The translations under genes and the position numbers were made by a program. The notes beneath the pieces were generated by a model. It was given only the letters and a program-made list of their open reading frames with translations, did not search any database and was not told where the DNA came from. Positions 11,481 through 24,400 of a stretch of 64,000 nucleotides of DNA are shown here, piece after piece; the first letter of the stretch is position 1, and each line of letters begins with the position of its first letter. Origin of the DNA: Spirogloea muscicola (Eukaryota); contig WELB01000028.1 of NCBI GenBank assembly GCA_009602725.1, forward strand, positions 915,953 through 979,952, written 5' to 3'.

Positions 11481-12032
11481 GCATGCCTCTCATTCTTCTA
11501 CTTGGATAAGTCTGACCTCGGGTCATCTTTATGAAATTTCCAAATTTCCCATCACTTGCGCTGCGGTCAACTTCCAAATTGATTGCTGCGCCCCATTATT
11601 GCTGAAGCTTATCCTCCTCCCTCTCTCGGCTGGCCTGAAACACTTATTCCTGCAACCTTTCCTCACAGTGGCACAGTATCTTCAGGAGCGTATGCTGCAC
11701 TCAGTTTGTGTGCTTAATAAGAGCCAAAAACACCCTCAGAGAGAGCGCACTGCTCCCTCACCACGCCCTATTTCTTCACGGCCTGCACAAGGGCCAATGA
11801 GAAATTGCTGCTGCACCTCCAAAAGCATGCAGAGCTGCAGTATGCCGAATGCAGGAGTAGAGTGCCAGACGATGCCAGCATTACATCGTCTCAACAATGA
11901 ACTCTCCGACAAGCCTCTTCCAAGCAAAGGCAAGAGAAGGGGGAACGAGAGAGCACGGCTGTGCAGGAGCAGAAGCTTGTACAATGTGCAGGTCGCCCAG
12001 CCTCAAGCCAGGCTCAGCTGCAGAGCAGTCCG

Positions 12033-13321
12033 TCACCTTCTGCTCTCTTTGTTGCCTTGCTCATTTTTGGAGTTGCCGACCTCTGCCTGACCTTTACTAA
12101 CATCAGATGGAGGAGGGCTGCCAGGCTTCTGCTCCGGAGCCATGCCCAGAGCGAGCTGTGCCGCATACAGTGTGAGGCCAAGAGAATTCGCCGCGAAGAC
12201 GAACGTGGCAAGGTACAGCATTCCCGTGATTATGGTTCTGCGGACAGCAGGAGGGGCGCACGTCAATAAGCCACCTTTTTTGATGGCTTGGGGTGTGAGG
12301 TCGGGGAAACTGGTCAGAGGAGCAACGAAATGATGAGCAATGATAGCAAGCATTGTCAGAGCGCCCCAAGGAAGTAAGTGGGCCACCATCACCTCGTCGA
12401 TGGGGCTGCTATACCTGACTGTGATCGTTAAATTCCGGACCTGTGGCATTGATCAGGCAAACCACCTTCTGGTCAGATTCTCTTAGTCGCTTACAGTCAG
12501 ATTCAGACGCGCAGCAAGACGATGGGCAGTGTTTGAATTGCGTGCTCCTTTTTGGCCCCCTGTAAGTGCGAAGCCGCTTTCCTGCTCGCTGATCCTCTTG
12601 AGACGGCGACTATCACAGAGGTGAAGGCTCTGGCACAAGCCAAGGTATCCAGTCTCAAAAGGAAAGAGCGTACAGTGTATGCCGAGGAGACCGCCTTCTC
12701 CGCAAAGCCGTTCTCAACGGTCGTCGTGAAGTTCCAGAGCACGAAGCCAATACCGCCGGCAACAAGCGCGCCGCCCAGTGTGTTCACCACCGTGGGCGGC
12801 GGCAGCTCCAGCTGCGGCGGCGGCGGGAGCTTGCCGAGGAGCGCGGCTCGCCGCTCGTTCTCGGCCTGCTGGGCCTGCTGCACGTTGGCGGCCCGGAAAC
12901 GCTGCCAGCGGCCAGACACGGGAGAGCTAAGTGTCCACGTCTAGAGCTGGAGCTGCCACACTGCTGCGTATGCAGATGCGGCGCTCTGTCACGGTGGTCT
13001 CGTGAATCTGCCTCAGCACTTCATACGGATGCTTAGGCCTTCTGAGGCTGGACGTTATCTCACTTGTGGTCATTCATAGCCGGCCCTGCTCACCATCTCC
13101 TTGGAGCGCCGGGACCGCCGCCGCAGCGCGCGCAGGAGCAGCAGCGTGATGGCGCCGGTGAGCGCTACGCTGGCCACGGTCTGCAGCGGCGACACCTCGG
13201 GGATGTCCAGCGGCCCAAGCTCAATGGGCCCTCCGCCATCGTCCCCCGTGACGGCGGCTGCGGCGGCGTCGACGGCGGGCCCCGCAGCCCGCAGCTCCGC
13301 GGCGCGCGCGGCGACCGGCGG
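12033..13321 (-). CDS. DUF3082-family chloroplast membrane protein (5' end in gap)
   Basis: Exons >13321-13094, 12901-12674, 12440-12415, 12237-12033. Motifs SPLQTVASVALTGAITLLLLRALRRR, VRNLTITVRTIITGMLYLATFVFAANSLGL. Confidence 0.8.
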
Positions 13322-13717
13322 NNNNNNNNNNNNNNNNNNNNNNNNNNNNNNNNNNNNNNNNNNNNNNNNNNNNNNNNNNNNNNNNNNNNNNNNNNNNNNN
13401 NNNNNNNNNNNNNNNNNNNNNNNNNNNNNNNNNNNNNNNNNNNNNNNNNNNNNNNNNNNNNNNNNNNNNNNNNNNNNNNNNNNNNNNNNNNNNNNNNNNN
13501 NNNNNNNNNNNNNNNNNNNNNNNNNNNNNNNNNNNNNNNNNNNNNNNNNNNNNNNNNNNNNNNNNNNNNNNNNNNNNNNNNNNNNNNNNNNNNNNNNNNN
13601 NNNNNNNNNNNNNNNNNNNNNNNNNNNNNNNNNNNNNNNNNNNNNNNNNNNNNNNNNNNNNCCGGCGACGGCGGCTCGGCGGCGGCGGCGGCGGCGACGG
13701 CGGCAGCGGCCGAGGCG

Positions 13718-15650
13718 ATGGAGCCGGCGGTCTTCTCGCTGGCCGGCGTTTTCGGCGAGGAGGCCGCGCCGGCAGCGGGAGGTATCGACGGCTACAGCTG
13801 CTGCAGCGTGGCTGCCCTGCGCGATACTCCTCGCAGTCGCCGCCGTCGGCTGCCGCCGTCCACTGACAAGGGTCGCGCATTCGACGGCGGCGGCGGCGGC
13901 GGCGGCGTGGCAGGCGCATGTGAGGGCCCGCCGGAATACGAGGTCCGCCAGCACGACTTCCCCGGCAAGGTGCGGCCATGGCGGCCTGCCGCTGCCGCTG
14001 CTACTGCCGCCGCGGACCTGCGCCCTCTAAGCCTGGCAAGGGCCACTGCAGCAGCTGCCTGGTCCTAGAGCCCGCCGCCTGAGCCCGCCATGACGGCCCG
14101 GCGCTACTGCCGCCCGCCTTCTTGCAGGCCCTGCTCGTGCGCGAGTTCGGCTTCCACCGCTGCAACGCCAACCTGGCGTGGCCCGGCGCGCGCGTCTTTG
14201 CCGACTGGCTGCACGCCCGACGCCACCTCCTCCACGGCCGCCGCATCCTCGAGCTCGGCAGGTGCCTGCGGCGAGCGAAACCCCAATCCTGACATGATGT
14301 GACAACGGGAGGCCTTTCCTCACATCGAGTTGCAGCTGAAGCGTAGCAGGCACTGACCTGGCAGCGCCCTGGCTGTAGTCTCCAGCGGCACGGGGGCGCT
14401 GGCTGTTTACCTTGCCAGCGTGCTGGGCGCTGACGTGACCACATGCGACTACGACGACATCGAAATCGAGGAGAATATTGCCTTCAACTGCCACAGCAAT
14501 GGCCTGGCAGTCCTTCCACACGTCCGGCGTGAGCACATTGGGGCCGTCCCATGCGTCTGCCATGGCCTCGCAAGTAGGAGTGTAGGGTGGCTCATATGTG
14601 AGCCTGACAGCAGGAGGACTCTGGTTAGACAGTTCATGATGCACAAGTGCAGTGTTGTCCAATCCTATGTCTTTGTGTCATGGAGTACCACTTGGTGCCA
14701 TTGCACTTGCTCTGCTGCACGTGCCTGGCAGATATCAGCTTCGATGGTGGAGCCCCATGCACACTCTCGATAGAAGTCTGGCTTCAGCCTCTGAAACTTA
14801 TTTGACAGGAACGTTGCAGATACTTGGGGCATATTCCCATTCCCTGTTGAGTTCCCTCCTTGGGATCTCATCCTTGCAAGCGACATCCTCCTCTGTGAGT
14901 TGCTGTATGCAAAAGAAATGCGACGACTTTGCTCGAGAGATTGCGAGCATCAGACCGCGTATCAGAGCAAGGTCAACTCTTTGACATCAGCTACACATTC
15001 TGAGCCTAGCTCCGTTTCGCCATCGCATCTGTGCAATGACACCAAACTTGTGACTGCTGTTTATGACACTCATTGCCTCTTTTTTGCTAGATGTAAAGGA
15101 GTATGGCAATTTGATCAAGACCTTAACATTCTTACTCCGCAAGTATCAGAGATCAGGAACTGAAGAACTAGCTGCCAAGATGGGTCAATCAGACGACAAC
15201 TCGGAGCGATCAGATCACAGATCGTGCGATGCCTTTGGCTGGGAAGCTGAGTTGCCCTTGCCTGCAGCAATGAGACAAGGGCAAAGAGGGTGTGCCGAAG
15301 GCCTGGGTTTGGCAGTGACCACCTTGAATCCTGACTACCGGTACCATGGAGCTGCCACTGGTCAAGAAGCAGAGGGCGAGTTTCCAAGTGAAGAAGCCTC
15401 AGTTGCTGGCCCTGATACAAGTGCAAGCATGCAAAGTGCCGGACGTGGTCCGCATCTTGCAGTGGCAAACGGACGGGTCGTTATTATGGGAGTTGAGATT
15501 GACGGGCTTGCGCGCCTGCCCATACCGTCGTTCCTCATGAGCTGGCGGAGGCGACTACCCAAGACCGAGACTGATCGCTTTTTCGGCGGGTGCGGAGATG
15601 CAGGCCTTGTCGTGAAGGACCTTGGGTCTGCGGTCTTCCTTGTACATTGA
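13718..15650 (+). CDS. Seven-beta-strand lysine/histidine methyltransferase (Methyltransf_16, METTL23-like)
   Basis: REFGFHRCNANLAWPG, ILELGSGTGA (motif I), TCDYDD, HTWG, WDLILASDILLY, FLMSWRRR. Exons approximately 13718-13969, 14128-14260, 14386-14528, 14820-14894, 15091-15650. Confidence 0.85.
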
Positions 15651-15984
15651 GCTGCAGACTTCTCGCCTGCCGCATTAATCATGACCTCACCCGAGGCCTT
15701 AGTTATGCCTGTCCAGAAATTGCTTGCCCAAGCGAAGGCGGTCTCGCCCACGTCTGTTTAAACTGGCTGCCAAAGTGGCTGCAATGATACGGCTGAGGTT
15801 GAAGCGCTAGAGTGGCCGAGCTTCCGCCTGCACTGCCAGTGGGCAAGGGAAGAATGCGCCTGCTTAATCAAGGGGCGCCTGTGTAAGCCGGCCAAGTGCA
15901 CACAGTCGGCAGTGCAGCGCTGCACTGCTGGCTCCAGCGATCAGCTGTGGTGGGACGTGCCGAGAGGCTAGCAGGCTCTAACAT

Positions 15985-16210
15985 TGAAGGACTTTGCGTG
16001 TATGTAAATATTGGAGGGCCGAAGTGGCCGAGTACAGTGGCAAGCACACCTGACGACGTTCATTACCCACCGCAATTTGACCCGCTCCATCACGGGTCAG
16101 AAGGGGACGTCGGACCCCGCTAAGGTGCGCGGGACAGCGAGGGAGTGGCGCCTCGGGGGCCTCGGGCGGTCATAGCGGGGAAGGGACTGGCGGGCGTCGC
16201 CTCGAGACGG
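15985..16210 (-). mobile_element. Degenerate subfamily A 3' end
   Basis: The reverse strand has tgacccg-tgatggag-cgggtca and gtgcttgccactgtactcggccacttcggcc...atacacg, matching the A tail. Confidence 0.7.
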
Positions 16211-16454
16211 CCGCCAGCGCCCACCACGCGCGCAGTCCATCACCCAATACAAACGTCATTCTTTTTGCACACAGTGGGTGTTCCGAGACGTCGCGAGGGA
16301 GAATGGGCCTTCTCGCGGAGCCGGGGCAGCCGTCCGGCACCCGTCTCGCGGCCCAGGATCAGACGGTGGGCTCACACCAGACCTCACCACGTTCGGGCAC
16401 CCACTGCGGCTGCCCGACCTTCGCTTCAGCTGCCGCTTGTCAGCCCGCCCGCCC

Positions 16455-16690
16455 GCTCCTCATCTGACCTTGTCCATGGACCATCGGGCTGGCCTGCCAC
16501 GGCCCCCATTGGGAGAGCCACTTCTTCCACAAGAAGCAGGCCTTCCACAGCCCCTTGTGCATTCCTTTGGGCTGGCCTCTCCCAGCCACCAGTTAATCTG
16601 GCCGCGCTTGCTCCTCGGGCCCTGATGAGCCGTAGCGAGTACCGGTCAGGGAAGAAGTGGCTCTCGCAATGGTTGCAAGGGCTGTAACGG
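16455..16690 (+). repeat. Subfamily B tail units, two direct and one inverted
   Basis: Contains gaccttgtccat...gggctgg and ttcctttgggctggcctctcccagccacc. Positions 16506-16527 are the reverse complement of 16651-16672 with 1 mismatch. Confidence 0.75.
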
Positions 16691-17982
16691 GTAAGGTACG
16701 TTCTGTGGGAGAAGTGACGGTCTCAGGCTTCACCGGCCTTGGGATGAGAAGACTTATTACTTCCTCGCCCCACTCGGAAGAGCTTCCACAGCCTTGGCCC
16801 CCTTTTGGATGAGCTCACTTCTTTCCCCTGTTTATTCTTTTCTAGGCTGGGATACATTTATATTAGCGCCTCGCCCCTCACTTCCGAGGAAAGGGTCTCT
16901 CTTATCTGCTCTTCTCCCCGCCCCCCGCCAGGTGGCAGGCCGCCAGCATAGCAGACGACGCCCCGCGCACCGCGCCGCATTTGTCGCCGCCGCCCGCCGC
17001 TGCTCCCCGCGGACCGCTCCGGCGCTCCCGCCGCGCCGCAGCGCCCGAGCGCCGGTGCCGNNNNNNNNNNNNNNNNNNNNNNNNNNNNNNNNNNNNNNNN
17101 NNNNNNNNNNNNNNNNNNNNNNNNNNNNNNNNNNNNNNNNNNNNNNNNNNNNNNNNNNNNNNNNNNNNNNNNNNNNNNNNNNNNNNNNNNNNNNNNNNNN
17201 NNNNNNNNNNNNNNNNNNNNNNNNNNNNNNNNNNNNNNNNNNNNNNNNNNNNNNNNNNNNNNNNNNNNNNNNNNNNNNNNNNNNNNNNNNNNNNNNNNNN
17301 NNNNNNNNNNNNNNNNNNNNNNNNNNNNNNNNNNNNNNNNNNNNNNNNNNNNNNNNNNNNNNNNNNNNNNNNNNNNNNNNNNNNNNNNNNNNNNNNNNNN
17401 NNNNNNNNNNNNNNNNNNNNNNNNNNNNNNNNNNNNNNNNNNNNNNNNNNNNNNNNNNNNNNNNNNNNNNNNNNNNNNNNNNNNNNNNNNNNNNNNNNNN
17501 NNNNNNNNNNNNNNNNNNNNNNNNNNNNNNNNNNNNNNNNNNNNNNNNNNNNNNNNNNNNNNNNNNNNNNNNNNNNNNNNNNNNNNNNNNNNNNNNNNNN
17601 NNNNNNNNNNNNNNNNNNNNNNNNNNNNNNNNNNNNNNNNNNNNNNNNNNNNNNNNNNNNNNNNNNNNNNNNNNNNNNNNNNNNNNNNNNNNNNNNNNNN
17701 NNNNNNNNNNNNNNNNNNNNNNNNNNNNNNNNNNNNNNNNNNNNNNNNNNNNNNNNNNNNNNNNNNNNNNNNNNNNNNNNNNNNNNNNNNNNNNNNNNNN
17801 NNNNNNNNNNNNNNNNNNNNNNNNNNNNNNNNNNNNNNNNNNNNNNNNNNNNNNNNNNNNNNNNNNNNNNNNNNNNNNNNNNNNNNNNNNNNNNNNNNNN
17901 NNNNNNNNNNNNNNNNNNNNNNNNNNNNNNNNNNNNNNNNNNNNNNNNNNNNNNNNNNNNNNNNNNNNNNNNNNNNNNNNNN

Positions 17983-20154
17983 GGAAGGGTGGGGGGGGGG
18001 GGGGTGGTGATGCTGCCTCCTTTACTTGAGACAGCAAAAGCATGCACTCTGATGTGACACCTGCTTCTGATGCAGCTCTTCGATGCGCCCGCTGAGCACC
18101 CCCAAGAGATACAGCGCTACTCCAGAGCTTTGATAAACGGCACCAACGAGCTCCTCTGGTACAGTGCATACATCTGCTAAGTAAAGTAGCAGTCTGATTT
18201 GTCCTAGTTAGAGGTTGATACTCCTGACCAACTCTGAGCTTGCATAAGCCCTCTGCAACATGAACACGAGGGAGTGTTGCTACCTGAGAGTGACTTGCCG
18301 TCCAACCCTTTTGATTGTATTGCCAGGATTGACCTGCAGAGCAATGTCTACATCTTCAAACCTCTTTATGAGGTCCCATATTCATCCCCCTCTTGAGCCT
18401 CGATGTACTGGAATGTATCAAGCAAGCAACTCAGTATGCATGTCTGAGGCTGAGGACTGACGAGTTGCTATCTGCATGTGCTTCACTTAGTCTGTGCCTG
18501 TAATTGTCATATCACAGCTTGCCTGACGGCATATGTGAAGATTGTGTCTCTTGAGCATTCTACGTGTATGCATATGCAGTACATCCTCATGGAGGTGGTG
18601 CTCACAGCGTCGCGCTTCTCGAAGGTGTCGATGCAGGTACTCATTTTCATAAGCGCCATCAAGTGATGTTGTGTACAGGTGTCAGTTTGGGCAGATTGAT
18701 GTCACAAGAAGCAGCGGGCAAGTCTGGTCTTTGGTTTGGCTGTCTCATGCAACTGTGCAGTCTGTATGTTGTCTCTTGCATTGAGCTTCTGCAGTCAGGC
18801 CTCACCATCTGCACAGGTATTGGCTGACTGTACAGGCTCGACGTGACATTGCAGCACTGGTGTGTCGTTTCTTCTTCTTCTACAAGCCAGGTCTGCAAGG
18901 CTTCCAGTTCAGCTGTATATTGTGCAGGCCAGCTGGGTTTGCTCAATTACAGCCGTTGCCTTGGATGTTGTAACAACACAACCAGAAGTAGTTGCTCAAC
19001 TGGCGAGTGTGTAGAAGCTGATCGTGACCTGCCATCAAACCCCACCAGTGCCAGCTTCTTGCTTACCAAGTCTTCTTTTGTACTCAATGGCTAGTGCAGC
19101 GGAGGCACTGGACTATCTCTTGTCCCAATTCCCGCCTTCTTTGAGCTCAGCTTACTTTGGGGGACCGTCAGATATATTTGTTACCGAGATCACAAATCAA
19201 GTATGCCCCCATCGGCTTAGTCCATTTTCCTACACTGTACAGCTAGCTGATAACATCCCTCAGACCTCTTAGTGTGTATTCTTGAAAGTTTTGGCAAAGT
19301 ACTTCGGTGAGGGTACTGACACGATCATGCATCACAAGTGCACGGTGATCCTTCATCCGCTCCTTGACCAGGACTGAGTGGTATGTAGCAGTTGCAAAAG
19401 ATAAGGGTGGAGCCTGTGCTGTTGACGTACCTTCAGAAGACGCAAGCTTTGAAAGGTAGAAGACCGTGACGCTCAATGAGCATGCCATTACTTCGTGCAT
19501 ACTTGACAAGTCAGAGCACTAAGTGCAAGAGGCAACCTTACGCTGTGCTAGTGAATGTATATACATGATCTCTTGTGGCAGGTGTGGAACTAAGAACAAC
19601 AACAAGTATACGGCTGCAGTCTGCCCTGTATATGTTGACCTCACCTGGTGGTCCTCTGTTTCCTACTCGACCAGTCCGACATGCAGCTTGGGCTACCCTT
19701 GACACCTTATACCCAGTACGTTGTCTGGAAGGAACTAACAGGGGCCTTTCCCAGCTTAATCACCAACAGCATCACTCTCACAGATACATTCGAACTTGCA
19801 GACTGTGAGATCATGAAGATCATGATCGTGAAGCATCCTGTCATCATTCCAAAGCAAAAGGAGGCTACCGCAAATGTCGATCACAGGCCCTACACATGTA
19901 ATTAGGTGAAGTGTCCGACAGAAGATAGATGTACTGTGCTCCTCACCATATTGCAACTGGTGCATTGCGTACCGCAGGTGGGCCGGCGGTTCCGTCACTT
20001 GATCAGCTTGGGCTTCAGGCTCCTGCATCCTTACTACTGGCCAGGCTCCTTCATGAATTTCTTCGTGGGCATGCTTGAGCAGGTCTACCATTGTATGCAG
20101 CGGACCATTCTGTGGCCCTTTGGCCGCCGAGCTTACCATAACATTCAACGATGA
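17983..20154 (+). CDS. Conserved plant protein of unknown function (recalled as Arabidopsis At5g11810-like); 5' end in gap
   Basis: Spliced C-terminal GVELRTTTSIRLQSALYMLTSPGGPLFPTRPVRHAAWATLDTLYP|VGRRFRHLISLGFRLLHPYYWP. Upstream exons at about 18581-18637 and 19100-19200. Confidence 0.7.
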
Positions 20155-21493
20155 GAATTCTGTTCTTGATCGGTACCGCTTCTTGGCCAGCATTAGTCCA
20201 TACCCATTTCTGCACGTCTCTGCAATTTGACTTCGAAGACTAGAGAGCTAGCTTATTGCTTCCGGTAATTCCGGTCTGGATTTTGCTTTCAGCTTCCGGT
20301 CTGCAAAGGCTTAAATGCTTCTGTGAGCCCTATCTCCAATATTTTCAATTGCAGACCAGGCTCACAAATTGGCCCGTGGGGCATACTTGTGTATGGCTCG
20401 ATACCTTTCCTTTCATTCTTCTATCAAACAGTCAGCTTGGCAGGCCAGTCCATTAGAAGAAATTACCAGCTCTCAGGGAATGTCACCAACAACTTCATCT
20501 AGATTGATCTGCACATATCTGACTCCCAGACGACTTTCGTCTTACTTAATGTAATCCAATAAGGTGTGTTGCATCATGTTTATCAAATCCTACACAATTC
20601 CATCACAGACAGTGGTAGATGTGCTCCTTTTACCAAGTGTAGGTCAGTTCGTTCGAAAGCCTAAGAAAGAGAAGCTTGGGAAAAGCTTGGCACTAGCAAT
20701 GTTCAGATTGTTAGTTGCCCCCTTGAGTAGCGGAGTTTTCGGGTTGTACAACGCTCACTGCGCATAGAGCACTCCTTACTGTGGCAATGTTTGCGACTAG
20801 CAACTTGCATGTGACGCTGTTGTCGGAGTGCCCACCCATTATGTCATGTATGTAAGCCAACCTCTGAGAGAGATCGTATACCATTCACGCAGCCACCAAG
20901 CAAACTTTCTTGGCATCAAGTGGCTACCAAATAACAGAATACCTCTCATGGCATGCACACCGAATGCAGAAAGCAATATACTGCATCAATTGATGTCATT
21001 CAACTACACCAAGTCATCCCTGCGTAGGCCAGATGGTGGTGGAGACGTGCAGGCGGCATGCTTGTCCTTGCTGTCTACTACAACCACCACCTACATATGA
21101 AGCAACACAGTGAAGGTGCTCGAGTTCAGGATGACATTGATAGAGGTACACAACGTCCTTTCTCTAAGTCTGGCACCGTTTGCAAGCTTTCAGCCGCGTC
21201 CCCTGCTCAAAAGAGGCAGGCTGCAAGGCGAAAGTGGACAATGCATCCCAAAGTAGTCTTTGGAGGGGAAAGACGCTTCCAGTAGAGGGCGCTGGCTGTG
21301 AGTGGCCAGCCCAGAAAAAGAATGAAGACAGTTCGAAGAGGCCAGAGAAAGTGCCAAAGCACAGTGTGCCTCAAGTGGTCACGAGGCAATGAGTGACCCC
21401 TGTTTTTGCAGATGTGAACAAGTATCTGCCTAGAGACTACGAATTGAGAAATATTGAGAGCATTGCATTGCCCCTATACGTACAAGCTGAGAG

Positions 21494-24400
21494 CTACAAA
21501 TGGACAGTCATATTCGGCTGCTGTGAAAGTCCAAGCTGGACACCAGCAAGCTGGCTGCTCAAGAATGAATTGCGGGGCAATTCCAAGCAAGCCAACGCCT
21601 TGCTGGCCAGCACACTGTGAAGTTGCAAGCACAGGGCCGCCATCTGGGACACCACAAGAGGTTGAGCAGATGAGTCGCTTGCGATTATCTCGCGACAGTC
21701 GTGGACATGCTTCGAAGTCCCTGCTTTGACATGGACAGACAAGACTACCCAGATCGACCATAAACTGCAAATACAACAAAGGACAGCTGAAGAATGCCCT
21801 CAGCTTGAGGGATACGGATGTTCTACATGAGCATCAGGAGGCACTAAGAAAATATGCAAACCTCAGAGCAGGAGTCATCCTGGTCCGTGTCGACGATTGA
21901 GTGGGCCCAGTCCTTGACCCAGCTTAAGCAGTTCTCAAGACTGGACCCCTCAGTGCCCACCATGGCAGCTACAACAGCAGCCGGCGGTATTGCAGAGAGA
22001 GCTCGGGACGCTGCATAAGCAGCTGATCTCCTCACATACACCTCACAGTGGTGGCACACTCTCCTGCAACCAGGAACGCAGCGCATGCCAAGACCGCGAA
22101 ATGCAAGCATGACTGCACAAGATTCTCACACATCATGAAGATGAATTGAAGCATTTTGTACACATCTGCTACGAGTGTTGAGAGAAGGTGCACATGTGCT
22201 GCTTATCAAGACCGGGTGTTGGCTGCTCACTCAGTCTTTATCAGCTCCAGCAGTGCGAGTGCCAGGGGCAGAGCCTCTGGCAGCTGCGAGACTCCTTCAA
22301 CGCACTTGCCCAGCACCTGGAGCATCCTCCCAAGCAAGACAAAGTCTCGTCCCAGCATGTCGATGCCCTGCCGTCGCTTATCAAACTCGCGCATCATGGG
22401 CAGCATGAAGGCCGCCGCCAGGGGAGGGAAGGGCCTGCTCAGTGTTACGCTTCCACCTTGCGATCCAGAAGGACGAGCACCTTCGCAGCGCCGCCTGCTG
22501 AGCGACTTCCGGCCCCACCGCCTGCTGGTCCCTCGGAGTGCCGACCCTGCCGGCTCAACAAGATCAGTGCGACGCTCGAATCTGCGCTCGTAATTGAGTA
22601 ACGACTCTCCACCATGGGCATAAGTGAGAGGGCTTGGCGCCTCCCTCCAGCCCTGCTCGAGAGTGCCTGGCCGATCCCAAGCATGACTGCTCCGTGAGGA
22701 CAAGGCAATCTCTGTGATGAGAGCTGGGCTATCCTGCATGTCATTTCGGACCGTCAGCTGCTGCTGCATTGTCAGCTCCGCCACGGCATCTGCAGGCAAG
22801 AGCAAAGTGGGTGTCTTAAAAGCAGTCCAGCAGACTGTCCTAGTCCTCATGTGCATCCATCGCTCTTGCAATACTCCTGGCAAGGGCAGGCGCGCTAAAC
22901 ATGAGGTAATTGCGGAGATCCTCAATGACCACTTGTGAAAGCTCACCTTCCATGACATCCAAGATCAGCAGTCTTTGGCTCAAGTCCGCGTGGGGCGAAT
23001 ATAGCTGGCGAACCATGGTGGAGATTGTGGGCAAGGGGGAAAGTGAAAGTAGCAAAACGAGGCCTTTCCGCCGCTTGTCCTCGACCTCCTCCTCTTCTCC
23101 TTCAACTGCCACAGAGCTGCACACGGTGCGAGTACCAATGAAGCTCCAGTTCTTCTTACTCATACATCAGCAGTATGATTGATACAGGAGAACGGAGTCA
23201 CTGCAACATGCATGAATAGTCGCTGACTTGCCACATCAAACTCCGTCCACATTACCTGCTCTGAACGTGGATGAGAGCTTGCGCCAATTCGGGACTGAAA
23301 TCGTCGAGCTCATCTGGCAACGCCCTCACCAGTGGCTCAACAGCACGTAGTGCCCTCTCCACCTGATACATGCAGAAGTCCCGAGCTCAACAAGCTGATA
23401 TCTTGCCTGCGAACCACCCAACAAGAGCTATACTGTCTTCTCACACGACATTGGCAGTTGTTGCATAATAGCTCCTGATCATGATCCTTCATAAACCCAA
23501 GACAGGCCCTCAGGTGGCACATTGCTGTACAAGAGGTCCAAAGGTTGGTAGAAATAAGTGGTCCTCACAGCCACAGGATCGTCCCCCTTCCGTAGCGCTG
23601 CTGCACAGGTCCTCAGCTGCCTGGGAAGCTTGTCATCCAAGTCCTCGTCATCTGCCAAGTTGTAGGCAACAAGCGACTCGTCGTCGCTGCTCCCTGCATC
23701 CTCCTGAGCATTGTTCAAAGTTTGCTTGTCTGATTGGCAGGAAGCAGCTTCCGCAGGTGAGTCCATGTTGTTGTCATTGTAGACATTCTCGGGCTCCAAC
23801 TCTTCAGCCTGTTTTACGGTCTCGTCGCCAAAGCCCAGCCAGTCGCCCTCCCAATTGCAGCCAGGATCGGAAGTCTCATCAGTCAGGCGGAGGGGGTTGG
23901 CTGGGTCCAGGACCATCGAGAAGGCCATTGCGACTTTCTCAGCTGTCTGCTGCACTTCTGGCAGGGGGCTCTCCAACCTGCCTGAATAGCAAATTGCACA
24001 CTGTCAGTACACAATCACGTCATCTGAATAAGCAGGTCATGCCCTGCTGGTTGATGAATATGCTGACATCAGACAACAATTAAAGTGATGCATGCACTCC
24101 CACAGTCAAATTGCTGGCTCACCACTGACCCCTTGAAGCAGCCAGGCCAGAAGGCTGGGGGTAGCTTCTAGCTCTATCTTGGTCATAGCAGCCATGCATT
24201 TAGCAATGGCGGCACTCACAACTGAGAGGCCTTGAGTCAAGGTCACAGAGTAACAGAAGACGCAAACTAATATACGTGCTCATATGATCGCAGTCGCATA
24301 TTATCATTAATTCAGTGCAGTTCCAAATTCACAATCGCCACTGCATGGATACAGATTTGTTGCTTAAGAGGGGCAGAGCGGATGAACTCATATGACGCCC

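Noticed and set aside
16622..16660. CTGATGAG hammerhead-like core
   Set aside because: No GAAA after a closing stem II; the adjacent sequence is explained by an inverted B unit.
16794..18169. Long ORFs spanning N gaps (also 9.2, 13.3, 46 and 56.3 kb)
   Set aside because: They are open only because N codons cannot be stops.
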